From: Cycas panzhihuaensis
Lineage: Eukaryota; Plantae; Cycadophyta
NCBI GenBank assembly: GCA_023213395.1
Contig: CM041465.1
Location: forward strand, 190,533,741 to 190,597,740
Reading direction: 5' to 3'
Length of the DNA stretch: 64,000 nucleotides
The notes beneath the pieces were generated by a model. The model was given only the letters and a program-made list of their open reading frames with translations, made no database searches and was not told the DNA's origin. Numbering within the stretch: the stretch's first letter is position 1; each line of letters begins with the position of its first letter. Positions 1 to 12,725 of the stretch are shown one piece after another. A program made the translations under genes and the position numbers.

Positions 1-3000
1 TATATACTTTGAATCTAGCACATATATTTTAAACAATAAGATGTGAAATGCATTATACACTTAAATGTTTGGTGGAAGTGCAATTTATATATAATAGAAC
101 TTACCCTTTCTAATGTCTCAAATAGGCCACAATATCTAAGAGTAACCTTTTTATAGGCTCCCAAAATTATAGAACTATATTTCGACCTCACCCTTAAAAA
201 TACAAGGTCACTAACCTAGAAATCCTTGGTGCTTCAAATCTACATATCTTTTATATTTATAATCTACTGCCTCTAGTTGTTATTTAAAACTTATCACCTA
301 CGTTCCTATTTCCTATAATATATTTAGACCCAATGTATATTTGTTTTCCATGTTATTCAAACTTAGAGGTGTATTATGCCTCCTACCATATAAAGCCTCA
401 AATAGGTTTACTCCTAAGGATAAGTAGATAGATTTATTATATACAAATTTTACAAAATATAAATAGTTCTCATAGCTTATATGTTACTCTAAAGTACACA
501 TCTGGAGCAAATTCACAAACACTTAATAGACTCTCTAAGTTTATCCATCTATCTCAGGATGGTATGTTATGCTAAATTATAACTTGGTGCCCAACTTTTA
601 GAATAATGATCTCCAAAATTTTGAGGTTAATTTACTATCTTTATCAAAATATATGACCTTTAACACTGAATGCAATCTGGCAATCTCCTTTATGAAGATT
701 ATAGTAATATATGATACTATATTAGTTAAACATATTAGTATGAAATATGTATACTTAATTAGCTTGTCTAAAACAACTGAAATTATATCATATTATTTAG
801 TGCCTCTTGGTAAGCGTATAAAAAGGTCCATTCTCATTATTTTCCACTTCCATTTAAGGATTTCTAATAATTGTAATAGTTTAATTGGGTGTTAATGTTC
901 TACATTTGTCTTCTAACATGTCAAATATTTTTCTACATAGGTCAAGACATTATTCATGTTAGGCCAACAAAATTACCTTTTTATGGTAGCATATATCTCA
1001 TTGTAACCTAGATATCTAATATAATATGATTCATGCACTTCATGCAAAATAAGTTCTCTAATTTCAAAACTATATGGCATATAAATTCTTCGTTGATATG
1101 TCAAGGTGCCATTCTCTATTTCTTTAAACTTTGTAAACTTCCTTAGCAACTTAGAATTTATATTTTGTTATTCTTTTTGTTACTACAATATATTCTTGGC
1201 TTATCTATATAATGCATCTCCTTCATAATCTCTTAAAATAGAAGTAATTAAATATGATTTTAGCATACTTAGAACATTAATATAGTGTATTCAACTTGGA
1301 GAATCAATGACCTTATTCTGTTTGTCTTTGTCATAGCAAAATTCAAAATTAAATTTACTCATATATTTTATCCATCTACATTATTTGGTATTTAATTGTG
1401 GTTGGGTGAAGATATACTAAAGAATGTAATGTTCTATTCAAAGTTTAAATTTTTTCCCTAATAAATAGTGTTACAAAACCTTGAATGCATGCACAAGATA
1501 GTGTTTTTCATACAATTTCAACTTTTTGGACTTATAAACCACCATCTTTTGGCTCCACATAAGAATAACACCAAGCCCCTCCAAGTTAGCATCCATACAA
1601 ACTAAAATATCCATGTCTAGATGTAACACAGTTAATATAGGTGTTAATATAAGCATATTTTTCAATAATTAAAATATCTTTTTACATATCTTAGTCCATA
1701 TAAACTTAGTATTTTCCATTTATGAAGAAGTAATTGGGATTGTGATCTTAGGAAAATCTCTTTTATACTTCTTGTAGTATCTTATAAGCCCCATAAAAGT
1801 TCGTACCTCTTATAAACTATGAGGGGAAGGTTGATCCATGACTTCCTATATTTTCTAAGAGTCTATGAAGATGCTTTAAGTTAAGATGATATGCTCTAGG
1901 TAATGTACCTAACCTTTATAAAATTCACACTTACTAAATTTTACATACAACTTATGCTCCCTAAGTAATTGTAATACTATTTATAAATTCCTCTCGCATC
2001 ACTCTTTTCTCTTAGATTAGACTAATATATCATTAATGAAAACCACCATAAATTTATCTAGGTACTACCAAAATACATTATTCATCATGCATATACAAAC
2101 CCATAGTTGCACTATGAATATGCATTAGTTAAGCCAAAAGGTATTACAAGAAACCCATAGTGGTCATATCTTATTTTAAATATTATCTTGAAGATATCTT
2201 TATCCTAAATTTTGATTTAATAGTATCCATATTTTAGATCATTCTTTATGAACATAATTGCACTTCTCATCTGATGAAATGAGTCTTCTATCCTAGGTAA
2301 TGAGCACTTATCCTTGATAGTAACTTTATTTAGTTATTTGTAATTAATACATAACCTTATAAATCCATCCTTCTTATTCACAAAAAATGCTAGAGCTCCC
2401 CGTGGCAAGGTATTTGGTTTGATAAGTCCTCTATCCTATAACTCTTCCAACTACATATTTAATTCAATTACCTTAGTTGTGGTTAGTTTATATGGAGCTT
2501 TGGAAACTCACCCTACTCGAGGAATAAGCTTTATATCATAGTCTACATCCCTCTTTAGAGATAACCTAAGTATTGCACTTAGGAAAACATCCTTAAACTC
2601 TTGTGTAATAGGAAAATCCTAACTAATCAATCCTTTGTGGGATTATTCTTTGGTTGTATAAGCTACATATATCTTAGAGACTTTTATCACCCACTTCTTC
2701 ACTTGTGTAGTAGAAATTTCCTACACACAAGTTATGATCTTCTTCCCTTGTACTACTATTGGGTTCCCTTGATTATCCAAATATTTAATTAGATTTTCAT
2801 AAAAAATAAATTTGGCATGATGTTCTTATAGCCATTCCATTCCAATAATGACATCATAGTCTCCTAATATAAGAATCTAGAAGGTGACTTTTATAGATCA
2901 AGTTTTCCACTGAAGAGGATATAAAGATACAAATTTTGTCATCTTTCTTTTATTACCTTCAACCATTTGAGTAGTATATTTCTTTATATAAAATTTCCTC

Positions 3001-6000
3001 TAAAGTTCAAAATTTTTAACAAATCTAAGTTGTATTAAATTGTGACTACTCTTAGAGTCAATTAATTATGAAAGGTCTTAACTAATAATTTGACCTTATA
3101 CCTACACCATCATAAATTAGTGGTCAATTTGTCTTCCCTTAATTATTACTTAGATAAACATTTGTCATATTTCTTTGGTTATTCTTATAAGAATAAACTC
3201 CATTTCCATTCTATGTATTTTCTAGTTATACTAGCTCTTTTCAGACATTGTATAACAAACCCTCTCTGATCACATATAAAACATCTTCATATAGCTTAAT
3301 TTCTTGAGGTGTCTATAATTGGTAAGTTTGGCCTTATGTTGACTTATTATAGATTGAGATTTCTACCGCTATAATTAAATTGTTGATGTTTGAATTTTCT
3401 TCTTTGTTATCATGATTTCATTAGTTTCTTCTCTTTCTATCCAATAGGCTTATCGTTCAGCCTCATTTATTGATTCTTAAAATGTCTGGTCTTATGAATG
3501 GTTTCCCCCAAAGTCTTTGATTCTAATATCTCGATTCTATTTTGTATATATTTATTCAACCTAGTAGTAAATATGTGCACCTTCATCTTTTCCTTCTATA
3601 TATAAGGGACATATTGTAGCAATTCTATGAATTCCCTTTCATACTCATCAACAATCCTACTTCCTTATTTTAATTTATGGAATGCCTTAATCTTTTCATT
3701 ATAATATTATTTTAATAAATACATTTGCTTGAAGTATTTCATGAACTTACTCCATCTTAGGTCTCTCTCTTAGAACCCTTTATTTTCTTATGGTGATCCC
3801 ACCACAAAGATGCTTTTCCTTTCATATTATAAATTATTATTCTTATCTTTGCATTGGAGTTAAAATCATTTAAATTAAAATATTTTTTAATATTTAACAA
3901 TCAATGTTCAGCCTCACATTCGTTTCTTATTTATCCATCAAAAGTAGGAAGTTTTACATTTCTCATTTCATATTGGAATGCATCTCTCCTTTTGCTTTGT
4001 TCTCTATATCCTAAATTTGATCTTAAGGTTTCTTTAGAAGATGGAGCTTTGGAGAAATAATACTCTTGATTAAGATGTCTTGTCCTCCTAGTTCTCTTTC
4101 TTTCATGCTCTTTGGTAGAGGGTTCCTATGAACTACTTCTCTCTCGATTGATCCTTATATTCCTAACCCTTTCAAATATTTCCTAATTTATCATCCTCTA
4201 GATGTTATTAACCATAGACTTATAGCTTCTTAGGATCATCTCATTATCTTCTTTATAAGTCTAACATGACCTTTGAATATTAGTCTGTGGTATTTCCCTT
4301 AGTTGTAGAATCTCTTCCATCTCCATTCCCTTAATATTTACCTCTCCCTAACCTTCTTGGTCCATTCTGGAGGCAACTTTGAGTATGTCCATTATCTATT
4401 CTTATTGCATTTGTATCTCAATTTAGTGTTTTACTAAAATCCATTTTAGAAATTTTGATAATAATCAAATAATAGTGCAACTTATCAACACTTATCAACT
4501 TCAAGTTTATTGTGTTAAGGGTTGTCTTTGGTAGCCTTCAAGACTTAGGCTCTAATACTAATTATCATAACCATACTAGTTATTATTTGATACTAACTCT
4601 CATGACCTAACCTAGCTAGACAAGCTTATATGCAATTCATAAAGGATTTTATGAGAGGAATCCATAGTAGAATAAATACCCAAAGATGCATATAAACCCA
4701 AGTCATATTGGTGCTTAATATTTATATATAAGATCTTTATTGCTATAATAAAAATCATGTGAAAATTATAACTATAACTAAGTATTTATATAGGAATTCA
4801 CCATAAGCCAAGCTACATATCCAGGTAAGAGAGTAACATTACGTAAAACATCTTACACTATGAGAACAAAGTATTTGAGATGTACCAAGGAATGAAGCTA
4901 GCCAACCAAATTACAATTGAAGGATTCTCCCACCCAATCAATTATAATCCCATAAACGAATATACCCCCAAGCTGAAGCACATGATATGAATATAAGAAT
5001 ACTAATTTTCCACTCTTCATACAACCCTTCCTAAGTTGCTTTATTAATAGATGCCCCAAGTCCTTTTGATATGAAACCCTATTGTATAAGTAGTTGCCAA
5101 AAAAATGCTATTATTATATGTCAGTATACCTTTGATTAAAGTATAATTAATCTCACATAATAACAATTATTTCTTATTAAATCATTCTTATTCTCTGAAT
5201 TAAGCCAACAGTGTCAAATTGCCTACAAATCTAATCTTAAAGGACTTCCTTATTATTTAATGCACATATCATGAACTTATAAAGCACAACTGAGTTTAAG
5301 AGGAGAAACTAGTCAAGACCCTTATCCTTAAGCAACCTATAGGTGGAGTAACTAATTTAATACCATATTTATAAAGAGCTTAGAAAGAGCAACTAACTTA
5401 GAGTCCTTACTCAAGAAAACATCAAGGAGAGGCAGCCACTCAATTACCTTGATCTCAAGATACTAGTAAGTAGGAGAAATCACCCAACTACCTTGTAAAA
5501 TACTAACTGACAATAAGGTATAAGGGAGCAACTAACTTAAAACCTTACCTTATAAGAAGATATTACACCTAATAATAGTAGTATAAGGAGATTAGTGTTG
5601 TAGCTTACCTATAAAGCTCTGGAAAGAGAATCAATCTATTTTCTATCAATCTTATTATATAAAATGCACAAAAATGCTTTCTAGAATACCTTTATTTCAC
5701 TTAGCCAAAACTTTACAAGTCATCTCTACATGCCTAATAATTTTCTTCATTTGATTTATAATTTTCTCTATCTCTTCATATGTGTCTTCTCCCCTTCTAG
5801 GTTTTTCTTTTTCTTTCATTTAATTGTCTACCTAACTACCATTAATGTTTGGTGGAAGTTAAGAGACTTAGTAGCTGGAATATTGCACTTACAAGCTACT
5901 AAAAGTAGCCTCTAATTATTATTGTTCGAATAATTATCAATTGTCCACTACTCCCACTTTTAAAAATATCTCCCTATAGTGAAATCATAGGTGGTCCTTA

Positions 6001-7657
6001 ATTATCCAAGTCTATAGATGTCTTTAATACAAGTCCAAGGAGGTTGATTAGATAATTTTTTATTAATTAATGAGAAAGTTATGAATAAAATTATTAAAAT
6101 CTATTAGCTACTATTCATGTTGCCATGCTATTCTTTTGATATTTTGGGCCAATGGGAACACTTCAAAAGTATGAATAATTAAATTTATTCATATGGAGAT
6201 AAATTTCTTTGAATAAGGATTCCAACACAACTGGAATCATCTAATAATAACTTTGAATGAGCCAGATAGCACTAAAATAGCAGAAGGCTACCAAACAGTG
6301 ATTTTTTTACTTAATTAAGTTTAATCATAAAACTATCACCTTAAATATTTATTAGGCATACAATCTTTTTGTATAAATTGATATCTATTTTAGAAAGATT
6401 TGAATCAAATGTGGTACTTGAAAAATGAATAAGCGTTAAGAGAGTTATGGTATTTTTTGTAAATTACAAATTTTTAGGGTTTTGTCCTCACGTTCTCTCT
6501 TTCTTGCAAATTCCTTCTATTGAAAATTTTACACTATAAAAACTTCTCTTCAAAGTCTTCTCTTACAAACCTTATTCTCACAAAGACTTCGCCCCATAAA
6601 TTTATTTCTTGCAACTTCTTCTTATAAAACTTCACTTTTATAAGTACAAATACTAAGATTTTCACAAAAATCTACTTTGAAGTCTAAATTTAAAGGGACA
6701 TAACTTTTTCATATAGCATATGATTTAATAGTTTCACCATTGATTGGAAAGAACTCAATATCCTCTTTATTAAGGAATAATTATATAAGGCTAAAAGGTA
6801 ACTTTAGATAATATTCTACTACTTTAAACTCACTAATTTAATAAGTTGTTCCATCTTTATAAATAGTGAAGTTTAAACCCTATAACTTTAATCTACCATA
6901 ACTTTCTTATATGATACTCATTCGAGGATTTTTACTAGTCATCCAAAAGCTATTGATTCCTTCTTTGATACAAAGTAAGATTTAAAATCTATTTATAAAG
7001 TATAAAATATAAAATTATTACATAATAGACCCTTCAAATTTGAATTTACCCTGTGATAAACTACTTACAAATTATTCCCATAACTTTAGACTTGCATATC
7101 TTTTCCATCTAGTTTCTATTTATAGTATTCATCTATTCATTGAAAATTTGAAAATTTTTCTTTCATTGGTGGAGTTATTTTCAAATTATATCGATCAACT
7201 AAATTTTATATCTCAAAGATATTTGAAGATCTGAGTACTTGTTTACTATTCTTGCAACTATTCCTACACCTTTATTCTTCCTTTGTTCATATCATTTTCT
7301 CTTTTATTCTTTTTAAGTAATTTCGTTGGTTTTTGTATTGATGTAAGCTACAACAAAATAAATATGTTATATCAAAGTAAAATGTTAGTATAAAATACAA
7401 ACACTCTACAGTCACTACTAGCATACATAAGCTACCTACCTAAAAATCATAAAATTGTGCATCATAATACCTAGTAGAGTGTGAAAATAGTAAAGAAAAT
7501 AAAATAAACAATATTGATATAAGCTATGAAGAAAAGTAAAGAAGATGAAGAAAATGAGAGAGATAAGGAGAAAATGACATGTTAACTACTAACAACCTGT
7601 TATATAAAAGTAGAAACATGTACCATTTGATAATCACTTCAATATTAGGTCCTTACA
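1..7657 (-). mobile_element. Decayed Ty3/Gypsy chromovirus (Tekay/Del-like) LTR retrotransposon G1; 3' end runs off the window start
   Basis: Minus-strand domain order: gag (~3550-4300), protease (~2800-3100), RT (~1800-2500), RNase H (ORF 1471-1665 'DANLEGLGVILM...KSKKLKLYEKHY', resembling DASLEGLGAVLMQ..SRKLKPHEKNY), integrase (<900). Decayed PBS at 4549-4560 (rc TAGTATTAGAGC). Putative long 5' LTR 4563-7657 ends ...GGTCCTTACA; its outer boundary is inferred. Confidence 0.85.
4563..7657 (-). repeat. Putative ~3.1 kb 5' LTR of G1
   Basis: Starts next to the PBS (TATCATAACC, read as decayed TGTCACAACC), is non-coding, and ends GGTCCTTACA at 7657. No second LTR in the window to confirm it. 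Confidence 0.5.
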
Positions 7658-8859
7658 ATAACCAATAGAATAGAAGGGATATAAGAACTAATATATATAA
7701 GACTTAAGCTAAATTATAAGGGGTTTTTCTATAGCTCCTTGGCTCTTAAAGGAATGTTTTGGCTTCTTAAATTTTAACTCTTTAGGCAATGTTTTAGTAG
7801 AGAATAAAGTAGAGCAACACTTAGTGGGGTTGCATATTGTAGCCTTAGCCCTTCTAAGTATTTCCTTTATAATTTATAATTTCAATTATTAATTAAATAT
7901 TTCTTGTGAAAAGGTCCTAATCACAATGCTCTATGTTATGAGTTAGTATTTTGCTCATTTGTTATCAAACCCCTTTTGTCTTTGAAATGTATTGAGTCAT
8001 TTAGAAATTAGTATGTTATGAGGATTATAAGAGAGCACTACATCATATACCACTTGTCTATATAGGATTTCTCTCATATCTTGTATGCCTTACCCTTTGT
8101 TCATGCCAAGTAATTAAACTCCCATTTCCTACATACCCCTCTCATAGACTCTAATTATATTCCTTGTTCTCCTCTTCTTATTCATATAAATATTATCTCC
8201 TCATCTCTAAATTATTTCCCTCCTTTTGAGCCAAATCCACATGGATTGAGTATGGGAACCCATAACACATAGGCTTCAAGATCTACCATATATAAGGAAT
8301 AATATATTAACACATAACAAATCTCTTACAGATGATCCATAGCATTCATGAAAAGCTCAAATTTAAAAATGCATTAAGAGGGGAACATTTTAAGAATGGT
8401 AAATTATTATGTTCATTGAACTATGACCAAGCCACTTAAGTAGGACTAATCCCTTAATATGTTCTACAATTATGAATGCAAGGCAAACCATGGTTACAGT
8501 GGCATTGGCTTGTACTAATGCTTTTAGGAAAAAGTATGTAGAGGGGAGGGGTGAATGTTATGTTCTTATATCCCCTAATTGATCAAAGTACGTTTAAAAG
8601 CTTGTATTCTATAGTTATGATATCAAGTTGTGATGCATAGAACACGGCATAGATCTTCATATTGGCTTCAAAATAAGTGGCTATGGACTTCAAGTAGGCA
8701 TTGTATAGTAAAGCCAGACTAATTTGAAACTTGTATTCATAAATATAAATTATTAGAGGCTTTGTTAAAGTTATCCTTACCCAATTCATAATTTAAATGT
8801 TTATTTAGATATAATGAATTGACGGGTCATTTGAAAGAGTTAAACATAAAAAATCCTCT

Positions 8860-9660
8860 GCCATCGTTGCAGACTGCACTACAACGAACGCCTGATCGTT
8901 GCAGAACGCCGTCGTTGCAGACTGCACGACGAACGCCTGATCGTTGCAGACTGCACTACAACTCTTAATACGTCATCCTCCACCATCACCTTAACTCTTG
9001 ATTATCCAAACCCCCAGCCATTTGGTATAACTACCCCCACATATTTCACAAACATTTTCAGTACATAAATATTTTAGTAAAAGTGACGAATTTTTTTTTT
9101 TCAGGCGGAGGTGGTGCCTTGAATTACATAATCACAGCCCAATTTTTGTGTGTTGGAATTATTCAACAACATTTTGGCAGATACGACTTCCCAACACTGA
9201 ACATGGGATTTTCGCTGTAGATTAATCCTCCGAACTGAAAATCTCTGGTCGTAGACGTAGAGTATCCCTGGTTAGTCGTTAACGTGAAATATTGTTGCAA
9301 ACGAATACTATCCTTAAATTAAATAAGGATTTGAAGATTAATTAATAACGCCGACACGCAGTTTGCGGCGCATTGTGAGCAATGTTGTGCCGGCACAATT
9401 CATGAGATAGCACTTTATGTTGGTCTCTTATTACAATATTTAAAAAGCTGATCGCCACGTCCCAAATTCGAGACGAACGCATTTAACACATTTGTATTGT
9501 AGAATTTATGCCATGATTTTTTTGTTTTTATAGATGATGAATTTTATGCTATTCTAGTTCACGTGACTATTACGCAACCATAGCATTTATTAGGGTTTTT
9601 AATCATTATTTTGTTCTTGATAGTTACATTGAGGGAGATTTGGCGCCCTATCGCATTCTT
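8860..9660. promoter_or_regulatory. CpG-retaining (probably unmethylated) island; candidate promoter/enhancer upstream of LINE ORF1
   Basis: About 35 CpG in ~0.75 kb by manual count versus ~3 in 10000-11000. G-box TCACGTGA at 9559-9566 and GCCACGT at 9454-9460. Function is inferred. Confidence 0.5.
8863..8962. repeat. Imperfect tandem repeat, 32-bp unit ATCGTTGCAGACTGCACTACAACGAACGCCTG, four partly deleted copies
   Basis: Core TCGTTGCAGA at 8864, 8896, 8912 and 8941; directly visible. Confidence 0.95.
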
Positions 9661-10620
9661 ATCAATAGTATACCTTCCACCCTAGGTGGTGTTAATTATT
9701 GAAAATTTAATTTGCATGTTTTTCTCCTTATTCCTTTCCTCCTCAAGATTGTTGGGTATCCTAGTCATTACTTTTTTATTTAAAACATGCAAATAATCTA
9801 CGTGGTCCTCATGTCTTAATATCTATTAGTAATCTATTATACTTGAGTACAAGTCCATGCTCCATTATGGTACACCTTTTAAGGGTTTTTCAATTGATGA
9901 AGTAACTACAATGAAATGCCCTATATGGATGGAATTTTCTAACCTTTCCCTATATTTGTGACTACTTCTTAATAGTCTTGTCATTCCTCTTGGTAGATTG
10001 CATTATAAACATCCAAAATGTCAATTTAGTGGTCAACCCCATCTTAGACTTTGTTCATAGATTAACTTAGCTAAATCTCTTTTGTAAAAAATCTCCATTT
10101 ACATTGGATAAAAAATAGTTATTCAAAATTTGTAATATCTCAACATATCTAATGTATATTTTGGTGCTACAAGTTCACTCACTTTGTTAAACCCCATTTA
10201 TCTCTTACTTCTAAGGTTAAACCTCAACTAAACAAAAGAAAAATGATGGACACAAGGAAAGAAATAGATAAACCAAAAGAGATAGCCTAGCTTTTGCAAT
10301 CTTAACCATTTTCTTCACCTCCATGTGCAGCTTTACCACGCCTCCCCCTCCTCCCCCCTCCAACCAATGCTTTCTCATGGTGATATTTCACTATGTTGTG
10401 TTAAAAACACTCCCATTGAAACTTCTAATGAAAATAAATGATGGATTTTGTTTCTAAATCCAAGAAATAGAATTCTTTCAATATGTAAAATTCTAAACAT
10501 TCAACTACTCTTCTTCTAAAAATTATCATGCAAATCCCTCACTAACTTGATTCTCTTATGGTTACCTTCCACCCCACCCCAATCATCAAATAATTTGGTA
10601 CTACCTTTGAAAGAAGTTTA
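9534..10620 (+). pseudogene. L1-clade LINE ORF1 relic (DUF4283/RRM plus zinc knuckle), copy A
   Basis: Frame from 9842 reads 'GFSIDEVTTMKCPIWMEFSNLSLYL*LLLNSLVIPLGRL...PHLRLCS*INLAKSLL*KISIYIG*KIVIQNL*YLNISNVYF', matching plant L1 ORF1 (PVWVEFPNLP...RVCVEIDLSKPL...YENIP..CF.C). Both ends are approximate. Confidence 0.8.
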
Positions 10621-10749
10621 TTATTTCAGAGATACTTAATAAAATTTAAAGCATTTTATAAATTCTTCTTAGAAGTAATGCGTAGAATGATCCCACTAGA
10701 AACAAACAATAAAATAATAATGAATTAGCAATAAATAACCTATAAAGAT

Positions 10750-12725
10750 ACTAAATAAATGATTAGAAATTGATGACAAGTAATGGGGCAAATACTTAAT
10801 ATTAAATTATCAAATATGGAAATTAATCCATTATCTAAAAGAAGAAAAAAAAGATCATAAGTTTTGCTTAGCATGATTCCTATATTTATAAACAAAATAA
10901 TCGATTATTTATAGAGTTAGCTTTAATAATCATTAAAATAATAAAGGCCAATTATAATCCATCTCTCTTTAAAATAATTCAGCCTATAAGTTTTTAATTT
11001 TTCTACCTTGGTCTTAATGGGTCAATGACTCGAAATGCTTGACCTAGAAAGTATGGGAGAGAAATGTACATCTTCATCCCACCACTTACTAAATCCATGA
11101 TACCATAGACATTAAAGCCATCGTTGCATCATCTTTTAGAAGCAATCGATATGTATTCACTTTATGCCAATAATGACTAATTCTAGGTAACCTTTGTATA
11201 AGATCTTATGTGTGGAAGATTTTGGGACCATTATGTTGTTAATTTAACTTGTTTGAGATCCTTTGTCTTATTTCCATATTTTTTCCATAGGGAATTATCC
11301 TTAGGAAAGGGGAATAGCTTGAAAAGTAAAAGATAAGGTAAGAGATTTTATAATAGGATTTGGAGTGATTGTCATGCTAAGAATCTCATATAGATGAGAA
11401 TTTTAATAATAAGGAATATAAAGGAAAAATACGTCAAAGATGGGGGGATGGAATGGGACTTGAGATCAAGAAGCATGGGGTGGTTTAAAGGCAATAAGTA
11501 ACAACATATACAATATATATAATTTAAGAGTAAGACAGTATAGTTAGGTAATGGTTATGCAATAACTTATGTTAGGAGACCAACAACATGGGGGGATGGG
11601 GGGTTAGTATATAAGATATGAGAGATAAGGTATATAAGACAAATATAAAGTATGTAAGGAAGGTATATAAGTAATGAAATATGGGATAAGAGTGATAAGG
11701 TGTTGTCTTACTTACAACTCAATTAGTTAACTATAGTAGTTAGCCATTAATCAATGTTAATAACTAATTTAACATTTAAATATTTGGCAGGAGCTAGCAT
11801 AATCTACTACAAAAGGAATAAAGACATTTTACAAGTTCAAGGGTTAAGTGCATATAAGGGTTGTGAGGAATAAAAGTTTAACTAGGGATGATAAGGGATT
11901 AAAATAACATGGATTAAGGATAATATTAAGGTCTTAAACTTATAAAGAATTTGTTTAGGAATGGTAGGCATGATGTAGGAGGAGTACTAAGAGTTTTATA
12001 TGGCTAGAAGGGAAACATATAGGAGATGCATATGAAGTGGGGTTGATTATAAGCATCTTATAAGCATTAGAAAGAGAGACATAGGGAAAGGATATGGAGA
12101 TTTAGGTGTGAAAAGGAAATAGGAGGAGTATAAGATACCAATGAGATTAGGAGATGATATAGGCATGGGTGTTATGTAGAAAAAATAGAGAGTGAGAGTT
12201 AGATGATTGATGGCAATTCTTCATAGACATATATTTAGGAGAGAAACATTAGACACAAGTAAAACAAAGGATAATTATGAGTTATATTGAGAGAAATACT
12301 AGTTAGTCGCATGTATAAGGGTTTGATAGGAGCATAAAGTTTGGGAATGTGATGTATCAATGAATAACTCATATAGGTAAGTGGTAAAAACTAGTGAAAT
12401 AGATATATAAAAATTGCAAATAATGGTATAATTGATAGAGTAACTGAGATGGGATCTATAAGCAAGCTTGGGGATTGAGGGGTTTATAAGAAACATGTAA
12501 AAGATAAGGGCCATGTACTTCTTATGATAGAGGGGTTTTGATATGGGTATATGCAATGGGTATGCAAAGCAGCATATAAGGATTAGTAAGAGTGGTGATA
12601 GAGGATATAAACATTATTTATGGGACAATATTAAGGGTGGACAAAGAAAAATTAAAGCCTTATACAAGGGATATACATTAGTAGAACTAGGAAATAAAGA
12701 TAATGGGGATTCAAGAAGAGGATGA
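10750..12725 (-). pseudogene. L1-clade LINE ORF2 relic (RT to C-terminus), copy A
   Basis: Minus-strand motifs in correct order: 'HK*CLYPLSPLLLIL' (~12575-12625, cf. RQGCPLSPLLFIL), 'SHLSYSINYTII' (cf. SHLLYADDTII), 'SLSNAYKMLIIN' (cf. LSLAGRLLLIN). Heavily decayed. Confidence 0.6.

Noticed and set aside
64-5859. 16-bp match AATGTTTGGTGGAAGT at 64-79 and 5844-5859
   Set aside because: Short, not at an evident junction, and plausibly chance.
8000-8270. Possible plus-strand LINE ORF2 linker fragment ('AKSTWIEYGNP')
   Set aside because: A single short motif in decayed sequence; insufficient without a profile search.
8863-8962. CRISPR-like palindromic repeat array
   Set aside because: No unique spacers (the inter-core sequence is itself repeated), no cas genes, and the context is eukaryotic.
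9033-9110. snRNA or telomerase-RNA gene with USE-like CCCCACAT and a TATA-like box
   Set aside because: The USE match is imperfect, a T11 run lies at the expected start site, and no recognisable snRNA, 7SL, MRP or telomere-template sequence follows.
9101-9320. Short open frames on both strands (e.g. minus-strand '...GKSYLPKCC*')
   Set aside because: They are under 60 codons with no supported start and no family I can recognise, so not called as CDS.
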